Origin: Macrostomum lignano
Taxonomy: Eukaryota
Direction: 5' to 3'
NCBI GenBank assembly: GCA_002269645.1
Contig: NIVC01001900.1
Span: forward strand, 124,001-188,000
DNA: 64,000 bases
Shown: one piece after another, positions 47,820 to 57,572 of the stretch
Numbering within the stretch: the first letter of the stretch is position 1
Layout of the letters: each line of letters opens with the position of its first letter
Notes under the pieces: model-generated
The model's database searches: none
Seen by the model: the letters and a program-made list of their open reading frames with translations, nothing else
What the model was told of the DNA's origin: nothing
Program-made: the position numbers and the translations under genes

Positions 47820-50800
47820 TTTTCACGCCTTGCATGGGAATTGAGTACGTCGCCCACCTCCGGCCAGAGCATCGGCCTGGAGCCAACGGAGCCGCCATCA
47901 GTCCTGATAGCGCGGCGCAACCAAGCTGGCGACTCACAGGGGACGACGGAGTCAGGAGGCCTCTAAGCGCCGCCGGCAGCCCTTTAATGCGCGGCGCAAA
48001 GATCTCCGCGCCAATGCCCGTCGGATCTACCAGGACTCGCGGCCTGCCAAGCCGGAGCCTCGAGGGCCATCGCTTTCCACCCAACTCGCCCCGCAATGCA
48101 TGCACAAGCAGAGCCAAGAAGGAGACAAGTCGGCCGCATCTTTAAAACCAGATTCGGGTTGCCACCTTCAATGCCCGCACTCTCAGTCAGACATGGAGAC
48201 TGCAGGAGCTGACCAGGCTGGCGGCCGACCTCAACATCTCCATCCTGGCAGTTCAAGAACATCGGTGACAGAACCCTGACGAGACTGTGGATCTGGGCCT
48301 AAGCTGGTAATTCAAGGCTGCCCCAGCCACTCCACAGGGAACTGGAGGTATCGGCTTCCTGCTGTCGCCCGCCGCATCCAGAGCGCTGCTGGACATCAGG
48401 TTCCCATCCGAGCGCCTGGGACACACCTCCTTTGCCGGAAAAGACAGGCGTCTTCACATCATCTGCGTCTGCGGCCTCTCGGGCCAGCGAAGATCCATCT
48501 GAGACAGAAGCACTTTACGACACTCTGGGCTGCATGCTTGATTCCATCACTGCTCGCGATTCTGTCATTGTCGCTGGTGACTTCAACTCGCCATTGCCAG
48601 CGGACGGCGCCTGGTAAAGAACAGCTGCGGCATCCCCAATGCCAACTCACCTTTTCTATCCAGTTTTATCCAGGCCAGAGATCTGATGGCTGTCAATGGC
48701 ACCACGCGACAGCGCTTCAGCAAGCTTCCAACTTTCTCTGGCCCCAACGGGCGAACCACTCGGCTGGACTGGATTCTCTGCCCAACTGCTCTGAGGTCCA
48801 GGGTGCGCAGAGTCCTCAACATCCGCCCCGACTGCGTTCAATCTGATCACCGCCTGGTGGCATGCGGCTTCGATTTGCACTGGCAAAAGCTCCGGCCTGC
48901 GCCACCTCACCCGCTCTGGGCCGACCTGAGAAGCCCAGACACGCGGCAGGTCTTCCTACTCAAGCTGCTTGCCGCCACTCCTGCTCCAGCCGAGTCCTTC
49001 GAGTCTCTCCATCACGCCGTCGAGGATGCTGCAGCGCTTCAACCATCCAAAGGCCCTGTGGGACCGCGATCTCATCATCTCCCAGGCAAGGCGGCACGTG
49101 CAGAGCACTGCTGCACCCCACGGCCATGACAGCGGCCAGGCCAGTGCTGCCAGGGACGAGCTGCAGGGTATTTATGCCCAGCGGACTGAAGCCTTCATCG
49201 AAGAAGCTGTGAGCGAAATCCAACTCCCTACTGACAACTGCCGCCATAGTGCTGCCTGGAGGGCCATCAACCAGCTGACTGGCAGGAAGCCCAGGCCCAA
49301 CACCACCGTCGGCGCTGATTCCACCGAGCACCGCAAGGCCCTGCTGGCCGCCCACTACCGCGAGGTGCTCAACGCGCCCGATCCAACTACGCCTCTTCTG
49401 CCAATCCCAGACTTCGCTCCAGCCCAGCCAGACGCCTTCAACACCGGCCCCATCACTGCAGGCGAGGTTGACAGAGCACTGAGGACCATGCGAGCTGATG
49501 CCGCCGCTGGGGTGGAAGCCATCCCTCCCAGGGTCCTAAAGCTGGCCGAGCTCACCCGCGGTCATCACCTGCCTGCTGAAGAAGCACTGCAGCCTTGGAG
49601 GCAACGAGACCGCCTCAGCTCCTCAGCAATGGCGCACCTCCAAGATTTTCTCCATCCCGAAGAAAGGTGCCTCCACCAGCCCGGAAAACCAGCGGGGCAT
49701 CGCGCTGGAATGCACAACGCCGAAGCTGCTGAACGAGAATCTGCGCAACCGCCTCCTGCCCGGCCTTAACACGCTGCTGCTGAGCCTCCAAAGCGGCTTC
49801 CGCCCGAGCAGGTCCACTACCGAGCAGGTTGCCACCATCCACTCTGTCATCAAGGCCTGCAAGACACGCCAGCGCTCCGTGTCAATCATCTTCGTCGACT
49901 TTTGCAAGGAACGTTTTTAATTTAGCTGCCAGAGACGACCTGAAGGTGCGCCTGTTCAGCGCAGACGTCGAGCCGATTCTGATGTACGGCATGGAGGCTG
50001 TGCCGCTGACCGAGACGCGAGAGCGAGCCCTGGACGCGCTTTACCGATCGCTGCTGCGCTACGCGCTGGGCGTGCACTATCGGGATCGCCTGCCGACCAA
50101 CGCTCTGATGGCCCGCGCTGGAACTCCGCCCTTGAGCGCTATCCTGCGCCTGCCGTCCCCTGCCCTTCTCCTCTACTGCGTAGAGCCCTCCTCAGGCTCA
50201 ACCGCAGAGACCTCAGAGCAGTTAGCATGGCCCTCTTCGGGCATGGCTGCTTCTCTCGCAACCGTTTCCTTCAGGGCCAAGTTCCCGAGGAGCGGTGCCC
50301 CTTCTGCCGCTCAGGCAGTGAAAACGCCGAGCATTTTATCTGCCACTGCCCGGTTTTCACCAGGGCCAGGCTCACTCACCTCGGGCCAAACCCGGTTCTC
50401 TCCGACGTTTGCAGGCCCGAGAGCATCCCGCTGCTCGCCCGGTACCTCAGGGACACGGGACGAGCTGAGTTCTTCTCCACCATTGGTGAGAAGAACCGTG
50501 CTGCAGGCGAGACCGACGTGTCCCCCTGAGCGACATCGCTTCAGCGGAAGTCAATGGTCGCCAGGGGCCAGCGGAATGGGCGGTCCCCTCCGCCTCCTCG
50601 CTGCATCCGCCGGACGCCCCCTGCAGCTAAGTCAAGTCAAGCTATCCTGTGCCGGCACCGCCAGATGCTGCTGGGCCACAGCCTACGGACCCTGAGTCGC
50701 GGTGTGCCCGTCCCTCTGGCCCTGGCCATTCTGCACCGGCCGACCGAGCAATTGCACCGCGGCCAGGCTCGAACTGCCACCCTAACGAACTGCTCATCGC

Positions 50801-50912
50801 TGCTTGCAGGCGCTTGAGCTGACCCCTCAGGCTGCTGCTGCCTGCCCCTCCCGCCTGTTCTGCGAACGCGTGCGCGCGAGGGGCCTCCCCTCTGCGTCCT
50901 AATATATATAAT
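47820..50912 (+). mobile_element. Decayed RTE-clade non-LTR retrotransposon, copy 2 (boundaries approximate)
   Basis: Near-identical to copy 1; retains VAGDFNS and SDHRLV of the APE but has lost the RT core (junction gacttttgcaagg|aacgttttt at about 49910). Confidence 0.85.
50151..50640 (+). mobile_element. Nested LOA/R1-group 3' fragment (duplicate of 16907-17396)
   Basis: Same insert with TSD at 50138-50150 and 50641-50653. Confidence 0.8.
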
Positions 50913-51455
50913 ATATGCGTATGATACACGCGACCACCAAGAGAAACTTCATATGGCTTCGCCACACAGACACCACTTTGGTGGCAGCAGTAAAAGGAGA
51001 AAAGCTACATTCGCAATCAGAAGATGTACTATTAAGAAAATGCTGTGCAGGATGGCCTCAGCACAGTTCTAAAGCATTGGGCATTTCGATCCAGATGAAG
51101 ATCCGCTCAACAATGCAGAGAAGTGGAGCCGCTATGTGCAGGAAGTCGAGCTGTTCATGGATGTGCAAGGAATAGCTGACGAAAAGAAGCAAGCCAAATT
51201 ATTGCTTCTAGCAGGGCCGAAAATCCTAAATTTGTTGCAGACTGTAAACTATGAACAAGGCTACGAAGCAACGAAGGAAGCGCTCAGCTCTCAATTCCAT
51301 AAGGTGCAACCAATGGCGTCCATGAGACTTACAAGCTGCTGTCAGTAAGCCAGATAGAGGGAGAACCATTTGATTCGTTCTACAGTCGTCTAATAAGTGC
51401 GGCAAAGTACTGCAACTTGCCCGACGAGTACAAGCCTGAAGGAAAAGAAGCAATC
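50912..51455 (+). pseudogene. LTR end + PBS + gag fragment, copy 2
   Basis: Duplicate of 17600-18120. Confidence 0.65.
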
Positions 51456-51506
51456 TATATAACTAAATCCTAATGTTACCTAATGCTAAACAGCATCTGA
51501 GTGAAT

Positions 51507-51576
51507 GTCACTGGGCCAATGTCAGTGGGCCAATATCACTGAGCCAATGTCACTGGACCAACGTGACTGGGCCAAT
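51507..51576 (+). promoter_or_regulatory. 5 x 14-bp CCAAT-containing repeat upstream of G6
   Basis: Same as 18173-18242. Function is inferred. Confidence 0.45.
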
Positions 51577-51890
51577 GCCCATAACGCATAAGCAACTGAT
51601 AGATCAGACCCTGCTGGCAAAAGTGATCTTCCGTCCCCCTGGCCTTCCAGGCCTCGCACAGAGCCAAGCGCACAGGTGCGTCAGATAACGCAGTTGCTTT
51701 GCGAACTCTGCAGCAGGCAGATGCGGTCTCTGGGCTGCGGACGGTCACCTGCCCTGTGCCAATGTAAACTGTGCGACCCCACCCATGCTGCAGCTGCCGC
51801 TCGCGTACATAAAAGTCAGACCTGTACGAAAATAATTCAGTTTTCGTTTCTTAATTAAAGAAATAAGATTTCAAAACCTGCGGTACTGCA

Positions 51891-53519
51891 ATGAGCCTTG
51901 AAGACTACAGCGACAGCTCGAGTTCGGACGCGCCTCCCGCTACCCCAACTCCTCTCTGCATCATCTGTGACCAAGCTGCAGTCGGTGTGGCTCCGTTCTC
52001 CCGCTGCCTCATGTGCAGTCAACACCTCAGTGTCGATGTGGCCAATCTATTCAAGCTCAAGGAGGAGGTCGAAGAGCTGCTGCGTGCCTACTCACAAGAG
52101 TCACGAGACGCAGCAAGTGCAGCTGGCCGTGCAGCGCTGCTGCGACCAAGACAAGACGCTGAGTCGCTGCGTCGTCTCGCTCTCGACATCCAACAGCAGC
52201 TGCAAGAGGTCAATCACAAATTCGATTTGGTACAGCAACACATCGACTCGTTTCGTAGCAGGGTGACGGGCCAGCTCTCAGGTGTGCTTGAGGCAGTGCG
52301 TGTGTGCGAGCGGGACCTCGAGGACGTCTCCAGCTACAAGCAGGAGGTGGCCACGGCGGAGGCTGCAGGCGACATGGCGGAGCTGCTTCGCCTGGTCCAG
52401 TCCATGCACGAATCGCTTGGAGACTTGGAGGCCGACTTTGAGAGGTCAGAGCGCCTGCTCAGAGACCAGAGTGACAATGAGGAGCTGCAGCTGCGGCTTC
52501 TGGGCCAGCTCGAGCGGCTGGTCGGCATTTGTGCGGGACGCAGTGAAGAGGGCGACTGGTCGAGAGACGCTGCGGTGACCGCGACATCCGAGGAGATAGA
52601 CGCTGCTGAGAGTGAGAGACTGCTGTTCGATCCGATGGTCTTCAATCACAAGGTGAAGCTGGATGGCAATTCTCAATGGCTGGCTGTGTGCAGCGACACC
52701 AGCGGATTCGTTGGTGACCGCTCAGGCCGTGTGGTTCCCGCCGACTCAGCGAGAGACGGCAGCGAGGCTTTGCCTCAGCCCTGCATTATTGCAGCATTCT
52801 GTAAAAATAGAGACCATCTACTGGTGCTTTCTGTGGACGGCTCACAGAAGCTGCGGTGCCACTGCGACATCGACTGGAAGAAGAGCATTCATGGCCTTCA
52901 CTGCGACCGTCAGCTGCTGTTCATTGCTCAGTCTAACGCAGTGACAGTGACAGAACTGAGCGGTCGCGCGGTTCGTCGAGTCCACATCGTGGGCTTCGGT
53001 GACATCTGTGGAATCGGCGGCAACGCAGCCTCCGTGTTTGTGTCCAGTGGAAACAAAATTGCTGCATTCAGCAAAGTGACTTGGCAGATGGAGACGGTCA
53101 TCACGCTGTCTCAGCTTCCTCATGCTGCACTGGGTAACCTGACAACTCACGACAACTGCATTCTGGTGACGGACTGGATGCACAATCAGGTGCACAGAGT
53201 GCGCATCGACACCCAGCAGCTGGTCGCCTCCTTCCCGACTCAGCGATCCGGCCTCCAAGAGTTTGCTTATCCAAAGGATGTGGCCGTCGACAGCAGAGGC
53301 CGCCTGTTCGTGAGTGAATTTTTGGGTTACTCAGTGCGAGCAGTGGCTGCAGACGACGGGTCGCTGCTGTGGACTCTGGGGACTCCGGGCGAGAGCGGCA
53401 GCGGAGACGACAGATTCAGGGGTCCATGGGGTCTGGCGGTGGTGACGGGAGGTCCGCGCGACCAGCTGGTGGTGGCTGACTGTGGTAACAGGAGACTGCA
53501 GGTGTTCAGTGCATCCTAA
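51891..53519 (+). CDS. G6: TRIM-NHL-like paralogue, 542 aa
   Basis: Intact ORF; AATAAA at 53536-53541. Confidence 0.9.
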   Translation: MSLEDYSDSSSSDAPPATPTPLCIICDQAAVGVAPFSRCLMCSQHLSVDVANLFKLKEEVEELLRAYSQESRDAASAAGRAALLRPRQDAESLRRLALDIQQQLQEVNHKFDLVQQHIDSFRSRVTGQLSGVLEAVRVCERDLEDVSSYKQEVATAEAAGDMAELLRLVQSMHESLGDLEADFERSERLLRDQSDNEELQLRLLGQLERLVGICAGRSEEGDWSRDAAVTATSEEIDAAESERLLFDPMVFNHKVKLDGNSQWLAVCSDTSGFVGDRSGRVVPADSARDGSEALPQPCIIAAFCKNRDHLLVLSVDGSQKLRCHCDIDWKKSIHGLHCDRQLLFIAQSNAVTVTELSGRAVRRVHIVGFGDICGIGGNAASVFVSSGNKIAAFSKVTWQMETVITLSQLPHAALGNLTTHDNCILVTDWMHNQVHRVRIDTQQLVASFPTQRSGLQEFAYPKDVAVDSRGRLFVSEFLGYSVRAVAADDGSLLWTLGTPGESGSGDDRFRGPWGLAVVTGGPRDQLVVADCGNRRLQVFSAS

Positions 53520-54363
53520 TTTTATTCACAGGTCGAATAAAAATCGAACTGCGGGGTTTCTGGAGTGACTGATTTGTTGGAGGCCGGGTTTTTGTTGATT
53601 TTTTTATTACGATGGAATAATTACCATGTGATTAACTTCTTTGTTTGATAATTGTTTATCATGGCCAGTATGTTCAGAATTGATATTTAATTGAATAGAA
53701 ACACACTAAACATTATGCATGCATTCAGTATTTATATTAAAGTAACGTTTGCCCTCAACACTTCTCTCATTGTTTTTCTTTTTCTGCAAGTTTCAGCACC
53801 AGAAATTGGGACTGCACTGTTGAATTGAATTTCAGCAAACACAATTGGTTCCTGTGCAACTTTTCCTGGAAATTTCTTATCACGCTGTGCCGAATTAAAC
53901 TCCAACTTTTGATTCTCAAGCCGTTAATTTCTCAGTTTGCATCTGATGCAATTTCTCTTTTAACCACTTCAACTGAATTCAAAATGATTTTTTCTCCTAA
54001 ACTATATTCAGTCGTAAAATTTGCCATCCAGCTGTGAGTGCTTTTAGGAGTATTACAATAATTGCTTAACTCCCGAGAGAGACGTCGGTTGTGGCCCTGG
54101 CATGGAGGTTAAGGGTGAGTCAAACCCGGGTCAGCTGGGAGAAATGGATCGCCACAAGTCACGTGACAATTCAATTGATGGGAACAGCCTACTGAGACCG
54201 GGGTCATAAATGCTGATTCACAACAAAATAACGGAGGTTGGGGTGGGCGAAAAAAAAGTGGGGTGGGTGTAAGTGGTGAGTCATCGCTGATTCATTGAAA
54301 ATTAGTGAGTGGCTGCCAAAAGCCGGTGCTGCATCAGAAGCTGAGGGACTTTAACTGACTTCA

Positions 54364-54629
54364 TGCTGCATAGCGACTGTGGCATGATTGCCAATCAGAC
54401 ATGCTGCATAGCGACTGAGGCATGATTGCCAATCAGACATGCTGCGTAGCGACTGTGGCATGATTGCCAATCAGACATGCTGCATAGCGACTGCGGCATG
54501 ATTGCCAATCAGACATGCTGCATAGCGACTGCGGCATGATTGCCAATCAGACATGCTGCATAGCGACTGCGGCATGATTGCCAATCAGACATGCTGCATA
54601 GCGACTGTGGCTTGATTGCCAATCAGACA
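54364..54629. repeat. 38-bp minisatellite x7
   Basis: 266 bp = 7 x 38. Confidence 0.95.
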
Positions 54630-54779
54630 TGACAGCAGCTGATTGATCGAATCGCGGGAACTGCACGATATTTTAAAATCAGCAAATGAAGACACGACCT
54701 GCTTTAGAAATAATTATTTCGATTTTTCTATTGGAAAATATTCTACGGAACATGCAGTTAGCAATCCGGAGCAGATGCA

Positions 54780-55110
54780 GCGTGGAAGAGGAAGAGAAGC
54801 CGGACGCAAGGCAGCAGCCGGGGAAGATGCTTCAGCTGCGCTCAGACCGGCCATTTCGCTGCTCAGTGCCCCGGCAGGAAGGCCAACCATGCCGTCTGTG
54901 TGCAGCCGCTGCCCAGGCAAAAGATACCGGGTCTCCGCCGGCGGCAGCTGGGGTCCTACCGCTGGCTCGAGAAGCTCAACCCCGCCACCTACCGAATCTC
55001 CAAACCCGCCGGCAGGAGGCGGAGCTCAGTTGTGGAACCACCGACTGGCTGAAGGTGTTCGTGCGCAGGCGGCCGAGGCCTACGATGGCGCTGCCTGCCG
55101 CTGGCTGACG
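54780..55110 (+). pseudogene. Collapsed Gypsy remnant: gag Zn knuckle joined to an integrase GPY/F-like tail
   Basis: Manual translation: RCFSCAQTGHFAAQCP (54825-54872), then LGSYRWLEKLNPATYRI...VV and, after a frameshift, DWLKVF. Confidence 0.6.
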
Positions 55111-55444
55111 CAGCAGAGGATGGTAGGCAGGATTTGTTTACGAGTTTACTTAGTTTGCATAAGAAAATGACGCACTGTAGGGTTGTGTCAACGGTGAACT
55201 TCTTTTTCGATACATATCGTTTCCGAACGCAAAACTCTGGTTGCAGCTCTGAATTTCCCGAAAGTTGCGAATGCTCGCGAAACGAATAAAGGATTCGAAC
55301 TCAAGACCTACAGTTTTAATGCGAGGAGAGAATTAAGGCTGAGTTTAGGCTAACTGGTCAGCCAAGTCGGCAATTTCGACTCCTATGATTATAGTGCCTG
55401 ATGTACTTTTATTGGCTCACCAGAGTACGCAAATTGAACACAAT

Positions 55445-56076
55445 CATTAGTCACAGTTCATTAGTCACTAGTCACAGTCCATTAGTCACTACTCACAGTT
55501 CATTAGTCATTTAGTCACAGTTTATTAGTCATTTAGTCACAGTTCATTAGTCATTTAGTCACAGTTCATTAGTCATTTAGTCACAGTTCATTAGTCATTT
55601 AGTCACAGTTCATTAGTCATCTAGTCACAGTTCATTAGTCACTACTCACAGTTCATTAGTCATTTAATCACTGTTCATTAGTCATCTAGTCACAGTTCAT
55701 TAGTCACTAGTCACAGTCCATTAGTCACTACTCACAGTTCATTAGTCATTTAGTCACAGTTTATTAGTCATTTAGTCACAGTTCATTAGTCATTTAGTCA
55801 CAGTTCATTAGTCATTTAGTCACAGTTCATTAGTCATTTAGTCACAGTTCATTAGTCATCTAGTCACAGTTCATTAGTCAACAGTCACAGTTCATTAGTC
55901 ATTTAGTCACAGTTCATTAGTCATCTAGTCACAGTTCATTAGTCACTACTCACAGTTCATTAGTCATTTAGTCACAGTTCATTAGTCATTTAGTCACAGT
56001 TCATTAGTCATTTAGTCACTGTTCATTAGTCATTTAGTCACAGTTCATTAGTCAACAGTCACAGTTCATTAGTCAT
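55445..56076. repeat. 21-22-bp minisatellite (agtcacagttcattagtcattt), about 29 copies
   Basis: Visible periodicity; a variant pattern recurs at about 239 bp. Confidence 0.9.
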
Positions 56077-56699
56077 CACAGCAGGTGAAGCTGCACATTT
56101 GTTCTCAGAATTTTGTGTCCATGTTGAGCCTATAAGATACTGATGCATTTGACAAAGGCAGACAGCTTTCGGCTCTGTAGAGGCGGAGCCAAACAGCTAC
56201 GGAAATCTCCGAGACTCGACTTTGCTGTCTCAGCCACCCTGAGACTCCATCAGTGCGGTCAGCACCGGAAGCATCGCACAGACACCTATGCCACACGGAG
56301 CATGGTGAGCATTGTTGCAGCCGTGAAAATCCTTGGGAATTGAGTGAGAAAGTCCTTGAGATACGAATTGGGCTGGCTTTAGTTGATTCGGGTAATTCAC
56401 CAATCTTCAGACAGAGACACAGAGGTGAACAAAGACCATCCTGCATGCTGGCCGACCACAACAATAAATAAACTGCATGATTTCAGCTCCTCCGCGCTCT
56501 TGTTTGTTTTGCTGCGAGATTTCCCTTGATTTTCGGTTCGACATCAGTTTTCGGGCTGCATAAGCCAGTAGCCTCCACTGCCTGGGGCAGATGCTTCATC
56601 TATTGGCTGGATGCTTTTATCTATAAATGACTCACAGAGGATATCAACCCCCTTTTACTAACCTATTTTCAGGTAAACCAAAAACTCCTAAAATCAAGC

Positions 56700-57073
56700 A
56701 GTCAGTGTCACTCAGTCACGGAGTGTCACACAGTCACGGAGTGTCACTCAGTCACGGAGTGTCACACAGTCACGGAGTGTCACTCAGTCACAGAGTGTCC
56801 CACAGTCACGGAGTGTCACTCAGTCACAGAGTGTCACACAGTCACGGAGTGTCACTCAGTCACGGAGTGTCACACAGTCACGGAGTGTCACACAGTCACG
56901 GAGTGTCACACAGTCACGGAGTGTCACTCAGTCACGGAGTGTCACTCAGTCACAGAGTGTCACACAGTCACGGAGTGTCACACAGTCACGGAGTGTCACT
57001 CAGTCACGGAGTGTCACTCAGTCACAGAGTGTCACACAGTCACAGAGTGTCATACAGTCACGGAGTGTCCCAC
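56700..57073. repeat. 18-bp minisatellite (cagtcacggagtgtcaca), about 20 copies; reverse complement of the 10228-10544 unit
   Basis: Visible periodicity; flanking homology is also inverted. Confidence 0.9.
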
Positions 57074-57385
57074 AGCAGAGAGGCTTGATGCGTACAACAA
57101 AAGAATGTGTTTAAAATACTTAATATATAATATATGTACAAATACATGTATACCGCCTCAGCATTCAGTGTGTTCTCAAGAAATAGGATTTGCTCGACTG
57201 AATTTGTCTGCCGCGTTGGTTGCAGAAGCTGTGTGACACCTGTGTAATCCTGATCTTTCTTCGGTCTTGCCAAAGGCGTCAGGCTTCGCGGTGTCTGCCG
57301 AAACCAGAATCCGAACTTAGCGGCATCCTGACCGGCCTACAGCGGGCTGAATCGGCTTGGCTGTCGCTCATGCTGCATCAGAGTG

Positions 57386-57521
57386 TGTAGTGTACGCTCT
57401 GCGCGGTAATAATGTACAGCTGGCTTGGTCGATGAATTCCTAGAAATATTGATACATGTATTACGCAATACTCTCGTGCCTATAAATATAGTGAATTGAG
57501 CAGTCGGCTCAGTTAAGTGCA
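57386..57521 (+). repeat. Left terminal arm (136 bp), inverted copy of 61754-61883
   Basis: Base-by-base alignment: 4 substitutions plus a 6-bp insertion (catgta). Confidence 0.95.
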
Positions 57522-57572
57522 ATCATAGCGCACCCGAAGATATTACGTCAGTCTGCAAAGAGCGAGTTATAG

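Noticed and set aside
56105-56471. ORFs between the 22-bp and 18-bp arrays, and the GC-richer stretch at 35280-35480
   Set aside because: No recognisable motifs; left unannotated.
57386-57521. Left arm as an unrelated solo LTR inserted in the opposite orientation
   Set aside because: It lacks U5 and its own TSD, while GAGTG flanks the outer ends of the whole 4.5-kb unit.
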